Made by a program: the position numbers and the translations under genes. Source: Octopus sinensis (lineage: Eukaryota). From it: DNA of 64,000 nt. Below the pieces are notes generated by a model, which was not told the DNA's origin, ran no database searches, and worked only from the letters and a program-made list of their open reading frames with translations. This document shows, in pieces, positions 27,712 to 40,577 of the stretch. Each line of letters begins with the position of its first letter. Position 1 is the stretch's first letter. The stretch spans positions 51,398,001 to 51,462,000 of the forward strand of contig NC_043013.1 in NCBI RefSeq assembly GCF_006345805.1, in the 5' to 3' direction.

Positions 27712-28140
27712 ATTTCTTTATTGCCCACAGGGGGCTAAACATAAAGGGGACAAACAAAGGGTTTAAGTCGATTACATCGACTCCAGTGCGTAACAGGTAC
27801 TTATTTAATCGACCCCGAAAGTATGAAAGGCAAAGTCGCCCTCGGCGGAATTTGAACTCAGAACGTAACGGCAGACGAAATACCTCTAAGCATTTCGCAC
27901 GGCGTCCTAACGATTCTTTTTTTCTTTATTGTCCACAAGGAGCTAAACATAGAGGGGACAAACAAGGACAGACAAAGGGATTAAGTCGATTACATCGACC
28001 CCAGTGCATAACTGATACTTAATTTATCGACCCCGAAAGGATGAAATGCAAAGTCGACCTCGGCGGAATTTGAACTCAGAACGTAACGGCAGACGAAATA
28101 CCTCTAAGCATATCGCCCGGCGTACTAACGATTCTGCTAA
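27712..28140 (-). mobile_element. Two tandem SINE-B copies
   Basis: Two reverse-complement SINE-B units head to tail. Confidence 0.88.
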
Positions 28141-29199
28141 AGAACAACCGGTAACTGTGTTTACAGGCTTTATCAGTTATGGCGCTTCTTAAATATAAAG
28201 TATTTGTTATGTGTTTAATTCCTAACATATTTTTGCCTTAATGAACGTTGTAAATTCTTTCATTCTTCTCTCAGCCCTTCGTCTTCGATACGGCAGTCCT
28301 TTTAACACTAGATTTCAAGAAAACCTCTTGATCTGCACAGCGCATATATTTCCTAAATCCGTAATATTTACCAGCTGGCTACTTTTGAATGCTTCCTTAG
28401 CCTTAACGCGTTTACCGAATTTGACCTCCTCTGCCGTGTTGATGTCATCAATAAAAACTGTGATGAACAGCAAAACTTTCTGTTACCTATATTCACTGGA
28501 AAATATGTGTTATGTCGACCATATAAAAAGACAGTTTTAAGTTTGCCATCTTTGAGTTAATTGATAACCATACGCACAAATACTTTCATCTGCTAACTCG
28601 TTCAGCGGAGACGGTTCTAAACTGAAGAATCAATGAAGAAATACATTCGTCTTTCTAGGTATTGCATCTGCTGTTGACCCACCTAGATGATTTCAACCCT
28701 TCTACCTCATATACGTTCACAAGTGTTCTATAACTTTTTATTCTCAATAACGAAGTGGATTAGCGCGGAATGTATACGTGCATTGGTCGAGGTTTTTGTT
28801 TCTGCACAAACGAGAAAATTCTTTTTGTGAGAATTGCATGCAGATGTCTCTGTAGTGTTACCTTTTCTATTGATCTTTTATTGATCACCAGCTATTTGTG
28901 GCTTCTCTGTCTCCTTCGGATTCGTCGTTTTCTATTTTATCGATATGTTATTGCTTTTATCCAAAGTTATGTCCTCTTGGCAATATCACACACAAACCAC
29001 TTTATATTGTGTTAGGAAACAGGAAATCAAGACACTATAAATTTTTCTTCATATACTTCTTCCTCCTTTGATTCTCCCTCTCTCTCTCTCCTTTGCTCCA
29101 TAACTCCCGCCCTCCCTATGTCTCTCTATATACACACACACACACGTATATATGCATATATGTTTATATAGATAGAGAAATAGATAGAGAGATAGATAT

Positions 29200-29445
<246 letters not shown>

Positions 29446-29823
29446 TACCGAGATGTCCTGCTCATTCTTATATCTCATATTTCATTAACAGGTTGCATCT
29501 CTCTTGTGTGAGTTCTGTAAAATATGTATTTTCATGATTGTATGTATATGTCTATAGGCAAGCATATATACATTTGTCAATGCATATATACATATAAACG
29601 AATGCATATCCGTGCAAATATCTATGTACTCACACCCACACACCCACACACACACACACAGTAGTATGCATAGGACAATATTTGTATAAAATATATACAC
29701 ACGTGTATTGCTGTCTGGGTGATTGTATATTTATGCATATATATATGTCTGTATGCTATGTACAATTATGTCCATGAATATCTCTCAGTGTCTATTCATA
29801 TATACATACATAGATACCTACAC

Positions 29824-29867
<44 letters not shown>

Positions 29868-30221
29868 CTATATATATATATATATATATACATATACACG
29901 TATATATATATATATATCTGAGTGTGGGCACGTGCGTGTGTATACATATATATATGTATACGCATACTTACACAAAAATACACGCACACACATACACATA
30001 TATATGTACACGCACTCGTATATTCATATATATATATTCTTGTTTACATTGTATTTCCGAAGAGACTTTCAAATATTCATATGTATGCAAGCCCTCGTGG
30101 GTCACATCTTTATCTAATTAGCATACATATTTCTATTTAGGTTATATTGCCCTGAATGCGATAGACTTCGGTTATAAATATAGTTGTATATTTACCTACA
30201 AACACACAACTCCACATCTAC

Positions 30222-30254
<33 letters not shown>

Positions 30255-30728
30255 GTACACACACTGCAAAACATAATTGTACCTCTGTTTGTCCACCATT
30301 ACACAGATATTACACACACATACACACACACGCACATATACACGGACACACACACTTGACATTATAACTGTGAATTGTTATGAGTGGTATTACCTATGGT
30401 CCATTGCAGCAACCTACTTTCATTCTTAAGGGTGCTTAGAAAGGCTCAAAACAAACTTACGAGTGACATAGTGTAGATAGGGGTTTCTGCATCTATCCCG
30501 TGTCCCATAACTCCGACTCCGAAAGTAACTGTATTTGTTCGTCTGAATTTGGCCTCAAAACTTAATAAACGCATTCATTTTACGTTAGCACCAAAATTAC
30601 ACAGACAGACAGACAGACACACACACACACACATCCAGACACACACACAAACACGCACACGCACACGCACACGCACACATATATATATATATATATATAT
30701 ATACGTTTGTGTATGTGTGTACAATATG

Positions 30729-30759
<31 letters not shown>

Positions 30760-30763
30760 GTCT

Positions 30764-30794
<31 letters not shown>

Positions 30795-31105
30795 TGTATA
30801 TACGTATGTATATATATGTACGTGTATAAATGTATATATATGTATATATATGTATATATATGTGCATATATATGTATATATATATATATGTGTGTGTGTG
30901 TGTGGTGTTTTGAATCCCTTTAATAATTCATAATAATGACTTTTATACCTCTTAATTCTACCTCAGTTCATCTAATTGTATATATTTATCATTACTTTTT
31001 ATTAAAAAAAGACTTTATTTTTTTGATATCCCAAGTGCATTTTCGCTTTTTTCCTTCTTACTTATGTATACTTAAAGATATACGTTTGTATGTATATATA
31101 TATAT

Positions 31106-31138
<33 letters not shown>

Positions 31139-31174
31139 CCACATATACATATACATATATATATATATTCGTAC

Positions 31175-31215
<41 letters not shown>

Positions 31216-32120
31216 TGTGTGTGTGTGCATACATATATTTATATTTATATACACACACATATGTATATGTATGTCGGTGTGTATGTTTGTGTGTTTGTGT
31301 GTGTTTCTATCTATCTATATCTGTAATAATAAAGAGTAAAATTAATTAATTAATTAATTAATAATTAATAATTTTCCCCAAGTAGTTCGATATGTTAAAC
31401 GAACCATTATCAGTAAACTTAAACAATAATTTTTATAGAACTTATAACTAGCTATTTCTCTACTAGAAGAAAATAGCTAGTTTTAACTGCTATTTCTAAA
31501 TTTAGGTATGTGGGTGAAGCAAATTTTTTGCTGAACTCTAATTATAATTATACTCATAATTATAATATTTTTTATCTATATATATTCCCACAAACATACA
31601 GCTCTCTATTAGTACAAATACACCAGACAAACAAAATGGTTTTCTTCTCGGTACAGATCTACCGCGGCAAGGAAAGAATCCGAACTTGAAGATAATCAGC
31701 AATCGATTTTGTAAATTCTTAGTTGTTATTACTCGTTAGTATGTTATTTTTCACAGAGTAACATACAAGAAAAGGCATAGATCGCGGGTTTTACATATTT
31801 ATTTGGGCATCGTAGACCTATAGCTGTTTCTGATGTGTATTATGTGTGCGTTCATAGTTCCGTTGACTCAATCGGTTGATCGATCAATTTAAAAGATTGA
31901 ACGACCTTAAAAAATACTATCATCTTCAGAGCCCGCTCTTGGAGTTGCATCATTTGTTAAAATCGCTCGCTCAATATTTTCAGCCGATCAATCGATTGAG
32001 TACACAGAACTAGAAACGCACCTATAATGTATATCGGAAACAGATGTAACTCTGCAATGCACAAAGAAATAAACACGCAAAGCCCATTATTTATGGCATT
32101 TCTAATGTGTGTGTGTATGT

Positions 32121-32195
<75 letters not shown>

Positions 32196-32465
32196 TGTGT
32201 GTTCTCATACTTGGTTAATGAATAGTTACCTGAAAATATGATTTAAATTTCTTTTAGTTTCTGTTAAATATTGTATACACAACACACATACACGCACCTT
32301 CTCACACACCTCAGAGACCTATAATTCATAACATATCTATGCATTTAACAATACTGGGCTACGAGAGGTTTCGTCTTGATGTGGTTAATCATACATGGTA
32401 CCTCCAAACATCTTGAGATATTAAGAAAAATGCGAATATAAACTAACATATGATTATACATATAA

Positions 32466-32870
32466 GCGCAGGAGTGGCTGTGTGGTAAGAAGCTTGCTTT
32501 CAAACCACATGGTTTCGGCTTCAGTTCCAATGTGTGGCACCTTGGGCAAGTGTCTTTTACTCAATACCTCGAGCCGATCAAAGCCTTGTGAGTGGATTTT
32601 GTAGACGGAAACTGTAAGAAGCCCGTCGTATATATACATGTATGTGTTTGTCTTTGTGCCTGTGTTTGTCCCACCTATCATCGCTTCACAACTAGTGTTG
32701 GTGTGTTTACGTCCCTGTAACTTAGGTGTTCGGCAAAAGATCTCGAGAGAATAAGTACCAGGCTTTAAAAAAATATATTCGGATGGATTAATTCGACTAA
32801 AAATTCTTCATGGCGTTGTCCCAGCATGGCCGCAGTCTAATGACTAAAACATGTAACAGATAAAAGATAC
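32466..32870 (+). mobile_element. SINE family A
   Basis: Head gcgcaggagtggctgtgtggtaag, body and tail match the other copies. Confidence 0.88.
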
Positions 32871-33587
32871 ATATATATTTTAGTGCTTTCATTGAGTAGA
32901 GTTGTCAGATGGTGAGGTACGAGTTATTCCTTCGTGAGTGTCTCAGGCGATATCTCCAGAGGGATTGTTGAAAAGATATATAATTTTCTTTCGGAAAATC
33001 TAAAATTGAATAAGTAAAGCATGTAGAAGGGCAATGAATACACAAAGACTGAAAATGAGTAGAAATTGATAACGAGTGAGAGGTTGGAAGTGAGTGTGAT
33101 AGGAAAATTAAGGGCAGAAAAATTAAAGAGGAAATACGAAAGAACATGCACTTCTGTGATTTTAATATGGCGAAGTGGGTTTTCACCAGGCGATTCTCAA
33201 TACGTCTGAATTTTCCAAACATTTTTCATCTGAGATTTGATATAGGAATTGATTATGTAAACATTTAAGAAATTTCTTTTTCTCTGCTTAGCATATAGTA
33301 CATCGTTTGCTTTCATTTTTTTAAGTATAAGATCTAACGATATGTTTGGATTCATACTTTAGTCTGAATCTTTTTACTTTAATTCTTTAATGTACAGAGC
33401 TAATATTTTAAGCGTGTCTTTTTTCTAGATATCAAAATCTAGATACATGATTATCGAATATTTACTTATACTACCTTTCCGTCATCGCTTAAGTATTCTT
33501 TACGTGTCATTTCCGAGTTAGGCGTCATAGAGGTGTCCTCAAGCACATAAATTATGTCTTCTAATGTCGCAGGATTTGTCGAATGGG

Positions 33588-33626
<39 letters not shown>

Positions 33627-33638
33627 TATATGTGTGTG

Positions 33639-33669
<31 letters not shown>

Positions 33670-34272
33670 ATCATGTGATTTCAATTTTATTTGTGGTTAT
33701 GTACGATCTTATAGAACCAACTTAATTGCAGAATATGATTGTATCTGGTAAAATTCTGACTATATACCATGAATATGGGTGTCTTGTCTATTGAGGCGAA
33801 AATATTTCTTCAATGGAATGGTGGAAATGACATATATTACGGTAACTCTTCTTAGTTAGGGTGGGGGAATAAATGAGGTTACTATGTAATACTTTTCTTT
33901 GATTGGCTGCCTCGAAAAGGGATATTTTAGAAAGAGGTCCCAGAGTGTAGAATATTTCTCTGTTGCAGGAAAGAGTAGAAGTCTCCCTACTAATATCATT
34001 GATGATGTTTTTGAAATATATTGAACGTGGATGTCTCAGGATGCTAAGTAAGCAAGTTTCAATAAATATTAAATCTAATGTAACAATAGAGGGGGTGCAA
34101 TTGTTGCTAAGTTTTTATCGATACAGTTATTTGTGACCGAATGTGACGATCTGTGACCGTGAGTGCTTTACTTGTTGTAACTAAGAAACAGTATATGCGT
34201 ATTTATCTGTGCGTATGTATACAAACACACATACACATATGTGTGTGTATATATATATATATTATATATATA

Positions 34273-34693
34273 TATATATTATATATAATACCCTTTTACT
34301 TGTTTCAGTCATTTGACTGCGGCCAAGCTGCCGCACCACCTTTAGTCGAGCAACTCGACCCCGGGACTTATTCTTTGGAAGCCCAGTACTTATTCTATCG
34401 GTATCTTCTGTCGAACCGCTAAGTAACGGGGACGTAAACACACCAGCATCGGTTGTCAAGCAATGCTAAGGGGACAAACACAGACACACAAACACACACA
34501 TACACACATATATATATATATACATATATACGACAGGCTTCTTTCAGTTTCCGTCTCCCAAATCCACTCACAAGGCATTGGTCGGCCCGGGGCTGTAGCA
34601 GAGTATACTTGCCCAAGATGCTACGCAGTGGGACTGAACTCGGAACCATGTGGTTGGTTAGCAGCTACTTACCACACAGCCACTCCTGCGCCT
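34273..34693 (-). mobile_element. SINE family A
   Basis: Reverse-complement full copy. Confidence 0.9.
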
Positions 34694-34721
34694 ATGTTGA
34701 CATGTATAATATATATATATA

Positions 34722-34753
<32 letters not shown>

Positions 34754-36262
34754 GTATATTATATATATATATATATATATATAATATATGCATATGTTCA
34801 TATATGTTTATATTTGTATGTATATAGGTATATGTGTGTGTGAGTGTGTGTGTGTGTATGTATGTATGGGCTAATTCTGATTGCTAGAGTTGACACATGG
34901 CCAAGTACGATATACATTGTAACCTAGTTGAAATACAAACAGGTCAAAGTTAACTACTTTTCTGTAGATTAAAACAAAATGATAAACAGCCTTAATTAAT
35001 TTTCGGACCTTATTGAACTCTCGTCAGTGACCTAGTTACCAGAAACAAGTTGCCAATCTGTCTGTTTATATAAACCACAAATCCAGTAGCTTTAGAAAAC
35101 TGGAGCTACTAATTTGCATATTATAAATATCTAATTTTGCACCGAATACCAGCGTCCTGTCAACAGGTTATCTCAGGCCATACATTATCGACATGGTATA
35201 ATGTGCCAAGCTACGTAGGAGATATACTAACAGACCAAATTTAACTATTTCTCCATTAGAAGAACAAACTTTACTCGATTTTCGATTCTTTATTGGATTT
35301 TCATTAGTGGTGTCTAAGTTCTCTTTATATCATTTGTATAATACAACAAATGTGTGTGTAGGTACGTGTTTCTGTGTGTTATTTTCCTGTCAGTGTGCTG
35401 CAGACTGTCCATATTCATTCAGTAGTAGGCATACACACAATCTCGAAAATATATTCAACGATTTAGCAATATCCTTTTAATTGTCACGGGATTTGTTCAG
35501 CAAATATTTCCAGAAGGGTTAACGTAATAAACGATTTGAAAACACTTTCTCTTTCATATTTATGTAACTACAATTTTTCGAAACGCAGCGTGGATAGAAG
35601 TTTCAGGGAAACCCGTTCATGATCCAGATATAGATTAAATATTATTATTATTTTTATATACAATATCATATGTACCGAAGGAGATTTACTGGCAAAATGA
35701 TGGCTGAACATAATGTGTTTGTACTTGGAAAGCGAAGATGAAAGGGGAGATAATTTAATAAAATACAAACAATAACGTACTGCTTATTTTGCTATATATC
35801 ACTGAGGGGTGATAGCGATGGCGGGGACGATAAAACGAAATGGGGTAGAACAGAGTTCATTAATATTGATTGTAACAGTTCAGAAAAATCGACGATTTAT
35901 AGATATGCTTACGCGAATACACTGACGCACGCAGATACATAGTGTCATGATGTAATGATACACACACATATATGTGTGTAAATAAGTGTATGTATGTGTG
36001 TGCGTGTCTATGAATGTATATGTCTCATATATATGTATATATGTACATATATATATATATACGCATATACCCACTCACAGACACACACTTAGGCGCTCAC
36101 AGAGATATATATGTATGTACGTGTGTATGTATATATATATATATATTTACACACAAATGCATACAGACACATGCGCACACATATATGTTACGACTCTTTT
36201 TGCACTAATGCATTAAAATGTAAATATATGCATGTATATATGTATAAATGCGTGTATATGCA

Positions 36263-36298
<36 letters not shown>

Positions 36299-36355
36299 TA
36301 TATCCACACCTATATATATATATATATATATATAAAATATTAAATATAAATATAA

Positions 36356-36390
<35 letters not shown>

Positions 36391-36782
36391 ATATATTATA
36401 TAATATATATATATATATTATATATATATATATATATATTCTTATATATATACATATAGGGATAAACACACACACATACATATATGCATAATATATACAA
36501 GCTAACTTCAATAGTTATTTTATTAAAGAGATGTTTGTCTCAGAACTGTTAGTATTAGTAAATAGAAAGGCTTTGATTCCTTCCATTTCTGTAATTGACC
36601 GTTTGATACCAAAGATACAACCAAGTCTATCAATATCTCATCCCCAGTGCATAACATTCGGCTTTAAACTACTTCTATAAACGGTTATTCCTGATTAATC
36701 TAAATATAAATACACAAACACACACATACACACACACATATAGATATATGTATACATGTGTATAGATACATATATAATATAT

Positions 36783-37242
36783 AGGCACAGGAGTGGCTAT
36801 GTGGTAAGTAGCTTGCTTATCAACCACATGGTTCCGGGTTCAGTCCCACTGCGTGGTACCTTGGGCAAGTGGCTTCTACTATAGCCTCGGGCCGGCCAAA
36901 GCCTCGTGAGTGGATTTGGTAGACGGAAACTGAAAGAAGCCCATCATATATATGTGTGTGTGTATATATATATATATATATGTGCGTGTGTGTGTGTGCG
37001 TGTATGTGTGTGTGTGTGTGTGTGTGCGTGTGTGTGTGTGTGTGTTTGTGTCTGTGTGTGTCCATCCACCATCGCTTGACAAACGATGTTGGTGTGTTTA
37101 CATTCCCGTAACTTACTGGTTCGGCAAAAAGAAATTAGGCTTACAAAGAATAAGTCCCGGGGTTGATTTGTTCGGCTAAAAGATAGGCGGTGCTCTAGCA
37201 TGGCCACAGTCAAATGACTGAAACAAATAAAATGATAAAAGA
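36783..37242 (+). mobile_element. SINE family A
   Basis: Full copy with an expanded internal (TG)n. Confidence 0.9.
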
Positions 37243-37289
37243 ATATATATATATGCATATACACACACGCACACATATTCCTTTTTTCT

Positions 37290-38370
37290 TTTACTTGCTT
37301 TTACTTAACTAAAATATGTCATCGAAGAAAAGGCGTAATCTCTCCAGAAACAAGTATAAATCAATGAGGATTGTAGAAAACTGAAGGCGAGAGTCGCAAG
37401 AGAGAATGGAGATGAGACTTTCTCAAGATCAGCAAATGCATGTTGCAGCACGTCAGATGAAGTCTTAATACAGAAGGGAGATGAGCCTAGCCTTTCCAAG
37501 ATCAGCAATGGCATACTGCAACACGTCAAATAGAGTCTCAAGAGTAATAAGGGGGATGAGCCTTCCTAAGATCGGCAAAGGCATGCTGCAGCACTTAATG
37601 CTGAATCGTTAAAACAACGTTTTCATTATTAGACAGAGATCCAATAGAATAGTTCTCAGAAACAGAATACGCACGAATTCGTTCTTCACAACTCCTGGAG
37701 CTGCTTTCAGATACGATCCATCTCATTCTTATAAAAATGATAATTCTGTCCAAATTGGTGTGCTATACTCAAATTATCGTTTCTGCAGACCTCTAAAATT
37801 TCCAAATGAAACTAATGGCATGCGCTGCTTAGGCGGTAAGGCAAGATTGCCAGCACTACCAATTCCTCCTCAACCTCTTATGGACCTTCTGGAAGGCACT
37901 TCGATCCAATCAGAGGATTTTCTGAACAATATCAGACAATACAACTCTGCATTTCAAATGACATCATTTGGTGCATCTAAGGAAATAGTTGAACATGGAT
38001 TTATGCCGACGTTCAAAGTCCAATGGCAAGTCTGTCACCTCATTGGTTCCCTGTTACCCACATATGAACAACCAAAGTCCTTCCAAATTTACCTTATGAG
38101 TGACGTAGGACAACAAACCCGAAGGATGTGTCAACGGCGCAAAGGAGGGTATATCCATTGACAGCTTTTCGGTGCGTTCAAAATGCGTTCAAATACCCGC
38201 CACCCTCAATTTTCCATGACAGGTTCGGATCTGGAATCCTCCAAATGGACGCATGACATGTTGCTTAGTCGAATTAGACCATCATTTACTCTACAAATGA
38301 TTTGCCAATACTGCACTTTCTCGTATCACCTGCCATTCTAATCCTGAGCAACGCGGGGTATCTCTGCTAG
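37290..38370 (+). mobile_element. Internally deleted Helitron: Rep N-terminal remnant joined to the 3' terminus
   Basis: MSSKKRRNLSRN start at 37316; AAFRYDPSHSYKNDNSVQIG; LKFPNETNGMRCLGGKARLP...FLNNIRQYNSAFQMTSFGA...FMPTFKVQWQVCHLIGSLLP; ends cctgagcaacgcggggtatctctgCTAG followed by T (38367-38371). The 5' limit is approximate. Confidence 0.88.
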
Positions 38371-38513
38371 TATTTAATGAGATCCTTTGTATTTCGTGGC
38401 AGAGATTTGAAACATCCACTTGTGTGTTATATTACTACTCCTAAATACCCTTACCTACTGGGCCACGAAAGCAGCAGCATATACATACATACATACATAC
38501 ATACATACATACA

Positions 38514-38549
<36 letters not shown>

Positions 38550-39169
38550 TATATATAATGTTTGAAAAGCACTGTTATAAGGTATACGGCAGTAGTTAAT
38601 TTAAGGGTAAACCGTGGTTTAATGTATATAAAGACGATAAGAAAATAGAGCAATAAATAGCAATGAGAAGCGGATCTTTGGTGTTATAAAGCCATTATTT
38701 TATAAATTAAGTAAGACGAGAGTATGGTAGAGGGAGCTTACAGCTGTTTCCGTATATCTGATTTATTGAACTTTGAACCTAACTAAAATGTAAGACTATC
38801 GAATTATTGAACATTTTCTTTTCCCTGTTTTTTTCCTTAGACTTTCTTTCTCTTCATTCTCTTTTTTTTTATCTTGTGCCTATTTCGTTCTGATGTTGTC
38901 TATCAGTTGCAACGAAGTAAATACATATTCACCGCAGCCTGATCTACGGAAACAGCTGTAAGCTTACTCTTGAATACTCTCATCTTAACTAATTAATTAA
39001 ATAATAGCATCATAACACCAACGATCCTCTTCTCATTGTTATTTATTTCTCCATCTTCTTATCGTCTTTATACACACACACACACACACACATAGACACA
39101 CACAACCACACACACACCAACACACATTATATATATATACAAGAAAAAAGCAACAAAAATGGATCAAAA

Positions 39170-39260
39170 TTTTGGTACAATTGTTTCGTACGAAGACCAC
39201 CTTTATTAAGGCTGCAAATATTGAAGCAAATACACGTGACCCGTACTCATCAGCCGAAAA
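39170..39260 (-). ncRNA. Minimal type-I hammerhead ribozyme motif (inverted copy)
   Basis: Reverse complement of 39694-39784. Confidence 0.85.
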
Positions 39261-39445
39261 TAAAGGTGGTCTTCGTACGAAACAATTGTACCGAAATATT
39301 GATCCATTTTTGTTGCTTTTTTCTTGTTTATAATCACCCCGCATTATCTTATGGTTAATACCATATAGATTTCTGGTGCATCTAAGTTAAGTACCGCATT
39401 CATGTGAATTCAACAGAACTCACTTGAATCTTAATTGCTTTTACT

Positions 39446-39481
<36 letters not shown>

Positions 39482-39693
39482 ATATCTATATATATATAAT
39501 CTATATATATATAAGTAAAAGCAATTAAGATTCAAGTGAGTTCTGTTGAATTCACATGAATGCGGTACTTAACTAGATGCACCAGAATCTATATGGTATA
39601 ACCATAAGATAATGCGGGGTGATTATAAACAAGAAAAAAGCAACAAAAATGGATCAATATTTCGGTACAATTGTTTCGTACGAAACCACCTTA

Positions 39694-39784
39694 TTTTCGG
39701 CTGATGAGTACGGGTCACGTGTATTTGCTTCAATATTTGCAGCCTTAATAAAGGTGGTCTTCGTACGAAACAATTGTACCAAAA
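39694..39784 (+). ncRNA. Minimal type-I hammerhead ribozyme motif
   Basis: ttttcgg-CTGATGA(39701-07)-gtac...gtac-GAAA(39767-70)-caattg-TA-ccaaaa; 4-bp stem II with a 51-nt loop, palindromic helix III ACAATTGT, GUA triplet ending at 39778. Confidence 0.85.
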
Positions 39785-39814
39785 TTTTGATCCATTTTTG
39801 TTGCTTTTTTCTTG

Positions 39815-39855
<41 letters not shown>

Positions 39856-40376
39856 CTATGTGTGTGTGTGTGTGTGTGTATAAAGACGATAAGAAGATGG
39901 AGAAATAAATAACAATGAGAAGAGGATCGTTGGTGTTATGATGCTATTATTTAATAATTAGTTAAGATGAGAGTATTCAAGAGTAAGCTTACAGCGTTTC
40001 CCGTAGATCAGGCTGCGGTGAATATGTATTTACTTCGTTGCAACTGATAGACAACATCAGAACGAAAAGAGCACAAGATAAAATAAAAAAAGAGAATGAA
40101 GAGAATAAAGTCTAGGAAAAAAACAGGGAAAAGAAAATGTTCAATAATTCGATAGTCTTACATTTTAGTTAGGTTCAAAGTTCAATAAATCAGATATACG
40201 GAAACAGCTGTAAGCTCCCTCTACCATACTCTCGTCTTACTTAATTTATAAAATAATGGCTTTATAACACCAAAGATCCGCTTCTCATTGCTATTTATTG
40301 CTCTATTTTCTTATCGTCTTTATATACATTAAACCACGGTTTACCCTTAAATTAACTACTGCCGTATACCTTATAA

Positions 40377-40577
40377 CAGTGCTTTTCAAACATTTTGCTG
40401 AAGCGGAACCCCAAGGAAACATTCCACTGGCTCGAGGAACCCCTGTGCAATAATTTAGTTGTGTTATGCACACATATCTGTACAGGAGAATTAAAAACTA
40501 CTGTCGATTTTAGCATTTTTGTAAGTTCTTGCGGAACCCCTGGACTGTACTGGCGGAACCCTGGTTGAAAACCACTG
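40377..40577. mobile_element. hAT-type MITE with 8-bp TSD ccttataa
   Basis: TIRs cagtgcttttcaa / ttgaaaaccactg; ccttataa at 40369-40376 and 40578-40585. Confidence 0.9.

Larger units (their letters stand above)
38557..40394. repeat. Giant nested palindrome: ~885-bp arms (38557-39447 / 39512-40394) around a (TA)n loop
   Basis: Arms are reverse complements differing mostly by 1-nt indels. Each arm contains an internal hairpin (39139-39327; 39629-39815) and an older imperfect IR (38624-38760 vs 38938-39073). Confidence 0.95.
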
